A stretch of 64,000 bases of DNA. Source: Halobacteriovorax marinus. GTDB lineage: Bacteria > Bdellovibrionota > Bacteriovoracia > Bacteriovoracales > Bacteriovoracaceae. Position 1 is the first letter of the stretch; each line of letters starts with the position of its first letter. The position numbers and the translations under genes are program-made. The stretch is from assembly GCA_002163155.1 (NCBI GenBank), contig MAAO01000005.1, positions 167,874 through 231,873 of the forward strand. Direction: 5' to 3'. Below the pieces are notes generated by a model, which saw only the letters and a program-made list of their open reading frames with translations, was not told the DNA's origin and ran no database searches. Below are positions 7,629-17,352 of this stretch, piece by piece.

Positions 7629-9415
7629 GCGTCAGACCGCAAGTTAAATCTTCGAAGTTCTAATAATAGATTTTCAAAGTTATCAATATTGTCTTTAAGA
7701 ACTTGGGTCTTTGCAACTTTAATAGAACCAGATTCATTCACTACAATTTGCTCGTGTTGAAAGTACTTCATACTATTCTTCATCAGAGGTTCAGAATTAG
7801 ATTCTGGAAATTTTACCACAACCCCTAATTGCTTCTCTTCTGTATGAACTTCTACGTACTTCTTTGAGTAATCATCAAACTTAAATCCATCAGGATGGAG
7901 TTCGTTTAAAGACCTAAGCGCCACAGCACTAGTATAGTAGGCTTCAATAATATAATTAAATGATCTTGAGAACGCTCCTAAACTAGAGGCAATAGTATAG
8001 AGTTCCTTATGAGAGAGCTCTAGGCATTGTTCAAGAGAAGTAATTTCTCTTCCTGTAATATTCGACAGGAGAAAGAAAGTTTTTTCCATGAAATCTTTAA
8101 TCGTTGGCAGGTAGAACTCATGTTTTAAAAGTCTTCTATGCTCTAAGAATATTTTTTTAAGATCGTGAACACTTTCAATTCTTCCACTAAATAGGTTTAT
8201 CCACGCATAGTTTATAACCCATGGAATTAAGAAGTGGTGAAGGATAGTATTTTTAAAGTAGAGAACTTCTTGTCTACATTCATCTTTAATAGTGTAGAAA
8301 GTATGGCTTCTAGTGCTCTTCCCAATGACTTCAATTCTCTTATTTCCGATCATGATATCTAGGGCACGCCCTAAACTATCTTCAAGTTTTCCCACCTTCA
8401 TCGAATCAGTATAAGGAATATTATAGGTTTCACAAAACTCAATAATCTGCTTTCCTTTAGAAAGAATATCACTCCACTCAAGGGCCCCAGCAGGTTCGTC
8501 CAAGAGAATTAAACTTATGACCGAAGAAGGTGTGACATGCATATTAGCGCCGACATTTCTAAAACATTCAAATGCTAAATTCTGAACATCTTCTTTTAGA
8601 GTCTCTTCACTCGTTTTCTCACCTTTTACAGGTGTTCCAAGATTGATGTGAACAGAGCCGAATTGATAACTAAATAATTTGACCAGTCCAAATAATTGTC
8701 CCGTACTTTCTTTCGATTTCTTAGCACCATGTAATTCTTTGGCAAGAGTCTTTTGTTCCGGAACATACTCATGAACAATACTTACAGGAACAAAAACAAG
8801 ATCTTTCTTTTTCTCTTTAGGAAGATGACTGTGGGCCTCAAATAACATTTGATACAGTCCATACTTAGGAGGCAGGAGTTTTCCTGTCCTTGACCTTCCA
8901 CCTTCAAAGAAAAATTCAATCGGCTTTTGATTCATGAGTAAGTAGAAGAGATAGGCTTCTAATGTCGTCTTGTAGAGAACATCGTGGGCAAAAGATCTTC
9001 TAATAAAGAAACATCCTGATTTTCTAAAGAGTTTTCCAATAGGAAAAATATTTAGATTATTTCCACCTGCAACGTAGAGAGGAAATCCATATTTCTTAAA
9101 GACCATATAATTAATGGCCACATAATCAGCATGAGATTGGTGATTTGGAACTAGAACAACAGAGTTTTCTTTAACAAGATTTTTAAAGTCCACTCCATTT
9201 TCGTTGAAATTAACACCATCGTATAATTTAGGTAGTGTTGAATCTAATAATTTTTGAAATGTTTTAATATAGGGTTTAGAAAATTCGGCCCTAATTTCTT
9301 TTAGGATCTTTAGGGCCTTTTCTTTTTCGGCCTTAGAGTCTTCTCTTCCGTCAATTCGTTCTTTTAATTTCGGGTAAGATAAAACAATTTTTTCTTGGCT
9401 ATTAAAGAGATTCAT
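7625..9415 (-). CDS. plsB: Glycerol-3-phosphate acyltransferase (PlsB-like)
   Basis: PNHQSHADY (HxxxxD), GCFFIRR, FFEGGRSRTG and VPVSIVHE acyltransferase blocks. Confidence 0.8.
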   Translation of the reverse strand: MNLFNSQEKIVLSYPKLKERIDGREDSKAEKEKALKILKEIRAEFSKPYIKTFQKLLDSTLPKLYDGVNFNENGVDFKNLVKENSVVLVPNHQSHADYVAINYMVFKKYGFPLYVAGGNNLNIFPIGKLFRKSGCFFIRRSFAHDVLYKTTLEAYLFYLLMNQKPIEFFFEGGRSRTGKLLPPKYGLYQMLFEAHSHLPKEKKKDLVFVPVSIVHEYVPEQKTLAKELHGAKKSKESTGQLFGLVKLFSYQFGSVHINLGTPVKGEKTSEETLKEDVQNLAFECFRNVGANMHVTPSSVISLILLDEPAGALEWSDILSKGKQIIEFCETYNIPYTDSMKVGKLEDSLGRALDIMIGNKRIEVIGKSTRSHTFYTIKDECRQEVLYFKNTILHHFLIPWVINYAWINLFSGRIESVHDLKKIFLEHRRLLKHEFYLPTIKDFMEKTFFLLSNITGREITSLEQCLELSHKELYTIASSLGAFSRSFNYIIEAYYTSAVALRSLNELHPDGFKFDDYSKKYVEVHTEEKQLGVVVKFPESNSEPLMKNSMKYFQHEQIVVNESGSIKVAKTQVLKDNIDNFENLLLELRRFNLRSDA

Positions 9416-9424
9416 TGTCTTCCT

Positions 9425-10486
9425 TTATAATTTACCGTGCGGTTTAGACTCGGCCATTCCCGAAGCTGACATTTCCATAAAGAGTCCAGCTTCTTTCATC
9501 GCCGCAATATTATCAACACCAAGGTAAGTCATACCTGATCTTAGTCCACCAGTTAATTCAGATAGAGTATCTTCAACAGGTCCCTTGCAAGGAATAAGAG
9601 TATCAACTCCCTCAGCGGCCATACCTTTTGGTAATTCACCTCTCCAAGAAACCTGAGCAGCTTTAGAGGCCATTCCTCTATATTCTTTCATTCCACCTTT
9701 TAACTCTCCAGGAGTTTCAAGTGTACCTGAGAGGAGAGATCCGGCCATAATAGTCTGAGCACCTGCACAGAGGGCCTTAACAATATCTCCAGAAGTTTTA
9801 ATACCACCGTCAGCAATAACTGGAACTCCGTGTTTAACAGCTTCTTCTACACACATAGCAATGGCCGTAAGTTGCGGAACACCGTGACCCGTTATAATTC
9901 GAGTTGTACACATTGAACCTGGTCCAATTCCTACTTTTACAGCATCAGCACCAAGATCAATCATTCTTCTAACACCGTCACCAGTGGCAACGTTACCAGC
10001 TATGACATCAATATGTGGCCATGTTTTTTTAACGTATTCAAGAGTTTCTAACATCATCACAGAATCTCCGTGAGCAATATCAATTGTGAGGATGTCTACG
10101 CCAATATCTGCTAAGAGAGCAGCACGTTTCTTACCTTCCTCTTTAACTCCAATAGAAGCTGCTACTGGAAGAGTCAGCCCATTTTCTTTTATAAATTTTT
10201 GAATTAATTTAACATCTTCAACTTGTTGTTCTGGATTCATGAAACGGTGTAAAATTCCCATTCCTCCAAGTTTCGCCATAGCACAGGCCATTTCAACTCC
10301 TGTAACAGTATCCATATTTGCAGAGATCACAGGAATATCTAATGAATGATTCTTAGTCGCAAGTGTTTTAAGATTAGGAACTCTTCTCGAAGCAATTTGA
10401 GAATGTCTTGGTATCATTAATACGTCGTCAAAAGTTAATCCTTTTTGACGTTTTAAAATCTGTTGTGCATTAAACACAAGTTCCAT
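9425..10486 (-). CDS. guaB: IMP dehydrogenase/GMP reductase family protein, CBS-less
   Basis: [34 protein letters not shown] (catalytic Cys), [28 protein letters not shown] versus GMPR is ambiguous (see findings). Confidence 0.8.
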   Translation of the reverse strand: MELVFNAQQILKRQKGLTFDDVLMIPRHSQIASRRVPNLKTLATKNHSLDIPVISANMDTVTGVEMACAMAKLGGMGILHRFMNPEQQVEDVKLIQKFIKENGLTLPVAASIGVKEEGKKRAALLADIGVDILTIDIAHGDSVMMLETLEYVKKTWPHIDVIAGNVATGDGVRRMIDLGADAVKVGIGPGSMCTTRIITGHGVPQLTAIAMCVEEAVKHGVPVIADGGIKTSGDIVKALCAGAQTIMAGSLLSGTLETPGELKGGMKEYRGMASKAAQVSWRGELPKGMAAEGVDTLIPCKGPVEDTLSELTGGLRSGMTYLGVDNIAAMKEAGLFMEMSASGMAESKPHGKL

Positions 10487-10633
10487 ACTGGTCTCCCTAA
10501 ATTAAGTGATGTGTGAGGGAATAAAATACCTTGAATGTTAAAGGATTACAACAATGATGCATCACACATCAGTATATTGAACGAGGACTTTTCTAAAGGA
10601 AGAGATGTTTATGACTATGAGTGACATTTTGAA

Positions 10634-12208
10634 CTATCTAAGCATAAATAAATTAAAGCTATGAGAGCGAATTTTTCTAAGTCCTATGATCATATCAGAG
10701 TAGAGCAAATCTTCAGACTCAAGAGAAAAGCGAAGGGATTCACAGTTCTCTTTTAATTTTTGTGAAACTTTTCTTTGCCCAGCAATAGTTGTTGCAGGAG
10801 GAGTTGTTCCAAGGTTTTCACAACAAGTTTCATAGAAGACATTAACTTCAGCAAAGAGCTTGTTGATTGAAGTGAGCTTGTCCTGTGACAACTTATGAGC
10901 ATGAACTAGCTTGGTTTTATGAGTTACAAATTTATTGATGTAGTCAGCTATATTTTCAAATTCACTGGCCACATTTAATAGAGATGTACACTCCTTAGTC
11001 TGAGCAGGGTTAAGAGAGTTTTCCAGCAGTCCATGGATAAAATACTTCATCTCATCATTGATATTATCAGTGATATCTTCATACTTTTTTATTTTAGCAA
11101 GATCTCTTGAACTCCCCTCTATAGCATGCATATAGATAGAGGCCCTAGAAAACATCTTATCTACAAGACTTTTCATTTTCTTCATTTCTCTATGCGCCTG
11201 CCATAGTGACGTAGCTGGAACCATTTGGTTTGCCGCACCGAAGAAAATAAGTTTTTGTGGAATTTTCACTTCGGGTGAGCGAATGAGCCTAAGAATAGCT
11301 TTTCTAATAAATTTAAAAAAGAGAAAAGAGATAAATACATTTATTAAATTAATACCTGAATAGAATATGGGAAGGACAAATTGAGTTCCTACTAGCTCTT
11401 CAATGACTAAGAAATACGAACTAAAGAAGTGCAAAAATATAAGTGCGACAGGTATTGAAATTGAATTTAGAATAATATTAAAAAGTGCAGCCCTCTGCCC
11501 TTCAATATTTCCTCTTTTAGAGTTGAAATAAAGTCTAAGACTTGGTCCTAGAGTAGCTCCGACTAGCACTGCACATGAGAGTTCTACCGAGATATTGTGA
11601 GTGTAGAAGAAGGCCATGAATAGGCCAATCAGTATGGCGGTACTATTTAGTAGATAAGATACAATAAAACCACTTAACAGAGCGAGAACCAGAAAGAAAA
11701 AACTTGCTTGCTGAAGAGACTCGATATTTAAGAGGGAATCTGATGAGAAGAAAATGATACTTAAGTTCAATCCCAAGTAAAGGAAACCAATCCCCAAGAT
11801 CACCCGTGAGAAGAGTTTAACAAATAGATTTCTAATAAAGTAATGCCCAATGGATCCAATAAATAAGAGTAGATATGACCAATTTCCAAGATCAAAAGTT
11901 AAAAGCCATGGAAAGACCGAAGCTCCTAAATTCACACCCATTATATAAAGAGCTGATATATAGAAGCTAACAATACCCGAGTTCACTAATCCCACAATCA
12001 AGTTGGTACAGGAAGAAACACTTAGAACACTTGCACCACTGAGCAGCCCCACAAGAAGTGAGTTCTTAGCAGTGATTTCTGTTTTTGCATTTATTCCTCT
12101 TAGAAGTTCTCCAGAGAGCGCTTGCATAGAGAGCACAAGGAAATTAATAGAGAATATGAAAAGTGCAATTCCGCCTAAAATTGGCCACATTTGATTTATT
12201 GAAAACAT
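10634..12208 (-). CDS. Na/Pi cotransporter family protein with PhoU-like C-terminus
   Basis: LGGIALFIFSI, IMGVNLGAS and LVGATLG repeats; C-terminal KYEDITDNI and FENIADY PhoU-type helices. Confidence 0.85.
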   Translation of the reverse strand: MFSINQMWPILGGIALFIFSINFLVLSMQALSGELLRGINAKTEITAKNSLLVGLLSGASVLSVSSCTNLIVGLVNSGIVSFYISALYIMGVNLGASVFPWLLTFDLGNWSYLLLFIGSIGHYFIRNLFVKLFSRVILGIGFLYLGLNLSIIFFSSDSLLNIESLQQASFFFLVLALLSGFIVSYLLNSTAILIGLFMAFFYTHNISVELSCAVLVGATLGPSLRLYFNSKRGNIEGQRAALFNIILNSISIPVALIFLHFFSSYFLVIEELVGTQFVLPIFYSGINLINVFISFLFFKFIRKAILRLIRSPEVKIPQKLIFFGAANQMVPATSLWQAHREMKKMKSLVDKMFSRASIYMHAIEGSSRDLAKIKKYEDITDNINDEMKYFIHGLLENSLNPAQTKECTSLLNVASEFENIADYINKFVTHKTKLVHAHKLSQDKLTSINKLFAEVNVFYETCCENLGTTPPATTIAGQRKVSQKLKENCESLRFSLESEDLLYSDMIIGLRKIRSHSFNLFMLR

Positions 12209-12213
12209 AGGGA

Positions 12214-12582
12214 TTAACTTGTTGTTACCTTTGCAAAGAATATGGGGATAATAATGTAGAGAATTGTATCCCTAATTAGATAGAATAAGAAAAAGTAAAT
12301 AAAGGCCTTTGGTCCCTTATCCCATAATTTCTCAATTCCTAGGTATTGAACTTTCTTACTCATGGCAATCATAAAGGGGGTTTTGCCCCAATGTCGCATG
12401 AAGAAACTTAAGCCACCATCAATTTTTTTATCGATTTTTTTAAAAGAATTCTTGAGCCAATTAGGTGCGTATTTTATGACAAAGATCATAATAATCTCGC
12501 CCCAACGCTCCCAGTAAGGCTTCTGCTCTTTTTCGCTCTCTTCAATATGCTGTACTTTACTCATGAAACACAAATACCTCAT
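12214..12582 (-). CDS. Hypothetical membrane protein
   Basis: 122-aa ORF with a hydrophobic C-terminus (FIYFFLFYLIRDTILYIIIP). Confidence 0.55.
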   Translation of the reverse strand: MRYLCFMSKVQHIEESEKEQKPYWERWGEIIMIFVIKYAPNWLKNSFKKIDKKIDGGLSFFMRHWGKTPFMIAMSKKVQYLGIEKLWDKGPKAFIYFFLFYLIRDTILYIIIPIFFAKVTTS

Positions 12583-12723
12583 TTAGTTGGGTATGTGAAA
12601 CAGTTTGAAAAAAAATTCAAACCTACATTTTCGTGACAAAAGAGTATAACTACAGGGATATATTGATAATACGTAAAATTCACGCCGAGCGTTATACACG
12701 TAAAATACCTTCAAAGGTTAGAA

Positions 12724-13647
12724 ATGATAAGCGGATTAAAAGTCATAAATTTACCATCGGGAACAGTTGTCGATCACCCTAAAAATGGAGAGCTCTTCAT
12801 TTTAAAGACGTGTCAAAGAACACTAGTTCTAGGTTTTAACTTTGTTCCCTTTCATCACTTAGGTGAAATGATTGATTCAATGGAAACTCATGTTGGTGAA
12901 AACGCCTACTCTTATCTCTTAGAAACAATTTGTGGTTTAAAAAGTAAACTTCTTGGCGAGAATGAAATCACGAGTCAGTTTAAGAAGTCCTACTCAGAGT
13001 ATTTAGGACTCTCAGTCAAAAACTCACAAGTAATGTCAGTGCTTGAAAAGCTTTTTAAAGATGCTAAAGAAATTAGAACATCTTTTTTAAGAGAAATCGG
13101 ACAACAAACTTATGCGGGAATTGCTCGTAAGCTTCTCACAGAGAAAGCTGTTTCTGGAAAAGTACTCATCGTAGGTTCAGGTCAGTTGGCAGAAGATTTA
13201 ATTAAGTTATTATCTAGAAAATATACTATATATCTCAGTGCAAGAAATGACATAAAGGTAAAAGAGCTCCTAGAGAAATATCCAGAAAGTAATATCCAAA
13301 TAGTAAAGTGGAACGATCAACTTTCTTGGAAAGAGTTCCCTTTTATTATGAATACTATTGGTGCAGACAAAATTATTTACGATGGTGATTTCTTCACTAA
13401 CTGGACTAAAAAAGATAATCGCTTATTCGTTGATTTAGGATCACCCTGTGTGGTAGAAACGTCTTATAGTGCTAAACAAAGTGTTTACCGACTCGATGAT
13501 ATTTTTGAATACGGTGAAGCGCTTAATCACAAGAAACAGCAGAAGGTGTTAAAGGCCCACGCAGCGATTGAAACTCTTGTTCAAAAACGAAAGAATTCAT
13601 TTGCTCTCAGCTTTCCATTCGGCTGGGAGGAACTTCAATTTGTCTAA
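12724..13647 (+). CDS. hemA: Glutamyl-tRNA reductase (short form)
   Basis: KTCQR (catalytic Cys), GLKSKLLGENEITSQFK, VLIVGSG, DLGSP, YRLDDI; first gene of the hem cluster. Confidence 0.85.
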   Translation: MISGLKVINLPSGTVVDHPKNGELFILKTCQRTLVLGFNFVPFHHLGEMIDSMETHVGENAYSYLLETICGLKSKLLGENEITSQFKKSYSEYLGLSVKNSQVMSVLEKLFKDAKEIRTSFLREIGQQTYAGIARKLLTEKAVSGKVLIVGSGQLAEDLIKLLSRKYTIYLSARNDIKVKELLEKYPESNIQIVKWNDQLSWKEFPFIMNTIGADKIIYDGDFFTNWTKKDNRLFVDLGSPCVVETSYSAKQSVYRLDDIFEYGEALNHKKQQKVLKAHAAIETLVQKRKNSFALSFPFGWEELQFV

Positions 13648-15181
13648 AAAAAAACATTATAAAATTGGAACTCGTGGAAGCCTTCTCGCTCTCACTCAAT
13701 GTAATCAAATAAAAGATGAGTTAGAAAGACTAACTGGAGATTCTTTTGAACTCGAAGTCTTAAAGACGCAAGGTGATTTAATTACTGACAAACCTCTGTG
13801 GCAACTAGATGGAAAAGATTTCTTCACTAAAGAGCTTGATGCAGCTCTGCTCACAGGAGCAGTTGATCTCGTTGTTCACTCCTATAAAGATTTAGGAAGT
13901 GAGAGACCCGAAGGTATAGATCTCGCAGCGGTTACTAAGAGAACCTATGCTCATGATATTCTCTTCATTAAAAATGAAACCATTAAAGATTTGAAAAACA
14001 AGTCAGAGTTTATTGTAGGAACAAGTTCTCCTAGAAGAATTGTTAATTTAGAAAAGAACCTTGAGCGTTTTCTACCTGTATCAACACCATTAAAAGTAAA
14101 AACTGAAATGCTTCGTGGGAACGTGAATACAAGAATTTCAAAATTACGTGACGGTAATTACGATGCTATCGTTTTGGCACTTCCTGGAATTGAAAGATTG
14201 GCCCATACAGACTCTTCGTTACAAGAGCTAAAAGGACTGCTTGAAGGATTGAATTACATGATTCTTCCTCAATCGGTATTCCCTTCTGCTGCTTCTCAAG
14301 GAGCATTGGCTATAGAAAGTCTGGCCACCAGTACTGAGCTTAAAGAAAAGTTAAAGTTAATTGAAGATAGAAACACTGTTGAAGAAATCATAAGAGAGAG
14401 AAAAGCTTTCGCTAGTTATGGTGGAGGCTGTCACCTCGCAGTAGGAATTAATGTCAGAAAATTTGAAGATAATTACATCCATATTCATCAAGGAATTTCA
14501 GACGATACAGAAGTCTTTAAATTTGAACTAGAAAATCATAAAGAAGACTTTACTGGAAATAGAGCTAAGGCCTTTATTGGACTTCCAAAAGAGAAGTTTA
14601 ACCATGAAACTATCCTCTCTGATCAATTCGTTGAAAAGAAGAAGCTAAGTATTGAAAAAACGAATAAGTTCTATGACGTCTTTGTCACAAGTACCTATTG
14701 CACAGATGCTTTAGAGAGCTTCAGTGAGATACAAAACCTATGGACTGCAGGAACAAAGACCATGGAAGTACTCGCTAAGAAAGGCCTGTGGGTAAATGGA
14801 AGTAGTGATTCTCTTGGAGAAGCAGAGCTAGAATCCCTAAGAGATTCAAAGTGTATTGCGCAAATGAAACAGAAGAATGATCTAGCAGTACTTTCCCACG
14901 ATAAAGCGACTTCAGAGTATGGAGAAGTTTTTAAATGTTACGAACGAGTTCTCAATGAGCTAAGTGTGGAAGAAATTAAAAGTCTTGAAGAAACACAAGT
15001 GTTCTATTGGACAAGTTTTTTACAATACGTAGATTTTGTAAATAAAGTACCTAGTATTAAAGACAAGTTTCATTGCACAGGACTTGGAAAAACCTATCAA
15101 AAATTTAAAGAACAAAACATTGCTATAAAACCATTCACTAGCGCTACTGAGTTTAGAGAATGGTTAAACCAAGGTAAATAA
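13640..15181 (+). CDS. hemC: Porphobilinogen deaminase with C-terminal HemD-like extension
   Basis: IGTRGSLLA, TQGD, FFTKELD, VHSYKD, GTSSPRR, RGNVNTRISKL, GGCH cofactor site, then ~200 extra aa. Likely TTG start at 13640 after GGAGG (track start 13568). Confidence 0.93.
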   Translation: MSKKKHYKIGTRGSLLALTQCNQIKDELERLTGDSFELEVLKTQGDLITDKPLWQLDGKDFFTKELDAALLTGAVDLVVHSYKDLGSERPEGIDLAAVTKRTYAHDILFIKNETIKDLKNKSEFIVGTSSPRRIVNLEKNLERFLPVSTPLKVKTEMLRGNVNTRISKLRDGNYDAIVLALPGIERLAHTDSSLQELKGLLEGLNYMILPQSVFPSAASQGALAIESLATSTELKEKLKLIEDRNTVEEIIRERKAFASYGGGCHLAVGINVRKFEDNYIHIHQGISDDTEVFKFELENHKEDFTGNRAKAFIGLPKEKFNHETILSDQFVEKKKLSIEKTNKFYDVFVTSTYCTDALESFSEIQNLWTAGTKTMEVLAKKGLWVNGSSDSLGEAELESLRDSKCIAQMKQKNDLAVLSHDKATSEYGEVFKCYERVLNELSVEEIKSLEETQVFYWTSFLQYVDFVNKVPSIKDKFHCTGLGKTYQKFKEQNIAIKPFTSATEFREWLNQGK

Positions 15182-15182
15182 G

Positions 15183-16451
15183 ATGAGTACACAAAGTGAA
15201 TTATTTTCAAAATCAACAAAACTAGTTCCAGGAGGAGTTCATTCTCCGGTTAGAAGTTTCAAAGGACTTCACACCACGCCTAGATTTATTGAAAGGGCCG
15301 ATGGAGCTTATATATATGATGTAGAAGGAAACTCTTATATTGATTTCTGCATGAGTTTTGGTCCTCTCATACTTGGACACAAGAATTCACTTGTAGAAGA
15401 GGAGCTAAAGAAAGCTCTTTCTAGAGGTTGGAGTTATGGAGCTTGCGAGCCCTATTCATTAGACCTTGCAGAATATCTCTTAAGTAGACTGCCGTTTGTA
15501 GATCAAATTCGTTTTGTGAACTCTGGAACAGAAGCTGTTATGACAGCACTAAGACTGGCCAGAGGTGCAACAAAGAGAAATAAAGTTATTAAGTTCAATG
15601 GTTGTTATCACGGACATGTGGATAGCATGCTCATAAAAGCAGGTTCAGGACTTGCCGGGACAAGTGAAGCTTCAAGTGCAGGAGTTCCTGAGGGAACTTC
15701 ACAAGATACTTTAATCTTAGAACTTGGAGACATTGAAGGAATCACTCAATGTTTTAAAGACCACGCTGGTGAAATTGCCGCAATTATAGTTGAACCACTG
15801 CCAGCTAATAATGGCCTCTTAGTTCAAGACAAAGAATTCTTAACGTTTCTACGTGAAGTCACAAAAGAAAATGATTCACTTCTTATTTTTGATGAAGTGA
15901 TTTCAGGTTTTAGAGTGGCCTTTGGTGGAATGACTGAACTCACTGGAATTATTCCTGACATTGTCACTTACGGAAAAATTATCGGTGGCGGATTACCAGT
16001 TGGTGCCATTGCCGCGAAATTCGATATTATGCAAAACCTCGCCCCAATAGGTGGAGTTTACCAAGCGGGAACATTGAGTGCTAATCCTTTGGCCATGGTT
16101 GGAGGCTTGAAAACACTAGAGCTCTTAGATAAGAAAAGTTACGAAGCTCTCAATGAAAACACTTCTAAAATTGTCACTCTCTTTAAGAAATGGCTAAAAG
16201 AATTCAATGATGGACAATTTTCTGATTACAGTGTTCTGTCTCACAGTTCTCTTTTCTGGATCGTACCAGGTGAAGAGATTAATTGTGTAAATAAAATACC
16301 AGCAGATATTACTGAGAAGTTTAATCCTCTCTTTGAAATTCTTTTAAATAAAGGAATTTATCTTTCTCCAAATGCCTACGAAGTAGGATTCGGAAGTCTT
16401 GCACACGATGATAAACTCATTGCAGACTTAGAAAAGAGACTTTGGAGCTAA
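15183..16451 (+). CDS. hemL: Glutamate-1-semialdehyde 2,1-aminomutase
   Basis: PGGVHSPVR, RFVNSGTEA, GCYHGH, FDEVISGFR, YGKIIGGGLP (PLP Lys), AGTLSANP. Confidence 0.96.
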   Translation: MSTQSELFSKSTKLVPGGVHSPVRSFKGLHTTPRFIERADGAYIYDVEGNSYIDFCMSFGPLILGHKNSLVEEELKKALSRGWSYGACEPYSLDLAEYLLSRLPFVDQIRFVNSGTEAVMTALRLARGATKRNKVIKFNGCYHGHVDSMLIKAGSGLAGTSEASSAGVPEGTSQDTLILELGDIEGITQCFKDHAGEIAAIIVEPLPANNGLLVQDKEFLTFLREVTKENDSLLIFDEVISGFRVAFGGMTELTGIIPDIVTYGKIIGGGLPVGAIAAKFDIMQNLAPIGGVYQAGTLSANPLAMVGGLKTLELLDKKSYEALNENTSKIVTLFKKWLKEFNDGQFSDYSVLSHSSLFWIVPGEEINCVNKIPADITEKFNPLFEILLNKGIYLSPNAYEVGFGSLAHDDKLIADLEKRLWS

Positions 16452-16452
16452 G

Positions 16453-17352
16453 TTGAAAAAAGGGAACTCTCTTCTCATTCTCACATCACTTCTTATTGCT
16501 ACGACAATGACGTTAGCGACATGGTGGTCTTATCTCCTCTATTCTTTCGGAGATAAGATAGAGAAAATGTCAGTGAGACTTCCTGAACTTGGAATAAAGC
16601 CAAATCTTATAAAGATGTTGAAGTGGGAAACATCAACATTTATAATTCTCATTCTTCTGTTGAGTGTGAGTTTCTTAGTGGTTTATTTGAAAGACCAAAA
16701 GAAAACCAAGGCGCTACAAGATTTCTTTGCAAGCCTTACTCATGAATTAAAAACTCCCCTGGCCAGTATTAGACTTCAGTCCGAAGTCATTACTGATCTT
16801 GTGGAAACTGTAGAACATAAGCAACTGACTACTCTAACCTCTAGACTCATAGAAGATACAACAAATCTAGAAGTTCAAATGGATAAAATCCTACAACTTT
16901 CTAGATTAGAAAGAGGTGGAACACTCAGTCCTGTAGCTGTTGAACTTGAAGGAATAATCAAGCGAGTTCATAAAGATCTAGGTTATGATCAAAAAGTTGA
17001 AATAGATAGTTTCTATGACCAAGAAGTTTTAGCAGACGAATTTGCCTTAGAGCTTATTATTAAAAATCTCTTTGAAAATACTAAGAACCATTCATTAACA
17101 AATAATATTAAAGTCTCTATTAAGGAAAGTAGTGATTCAAATTATGTAGACCTCTCCTACTGTGATGGAGGAGTTTTTACTGGTGACATTAAAAAGCTAG
17201 GAAATCTCTTTTATAAATATAATAGTAAAAAAGGCAGCGGAATAGGCCTATATCTTATAAAGAAGTTCATGCCCTTAATGCAAGGAAGAGCGAACTTTAT
17301 TGTTCAAGACACCCTTTTAACAAAGCTTACATTTAAAAAGGTCAATCAATGA
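16453..17352 (+). CDS. Sensor histidine kinase
   Basis: Two TM segments; H-box THELKTPLASI; N-box KNLFEN; G-box GSGIGLY. Confidence 0.92.
   Translation: MKKGNSLLILTSLLIATTMTLATWWSYLLYSFGDKIEKMSVRLPELGIKPNLIKMLKWETSTFIILILLLSVSFLVVYLKDQKKTKALQDFFASLTHELKTPLASIRLQSEVITDLVETVEHKQLTTLTSRLIEDTTNLEVQMDKILQLSRLERGGTLSPVAVELEGIIKRVHKDLGYDQKVEIDSFYDQEVLADEFALELIIKNLFENTKNHSLTNNIKVSIKESSDSNYVDLSYCDGGVFTGDIKKLGNLFYKYNSKKGSGIGLYLIKKFMPLMQGRANFIVQDTLLTKLTFKKVNQ

Noticed and set aside
10487-10633. Purine riboswitch upstream of guaB
   Set aside because: The conserved purine riboswitch core and loop-loop sequences are absent; the region is kept only as an unclassified inverted repeat.
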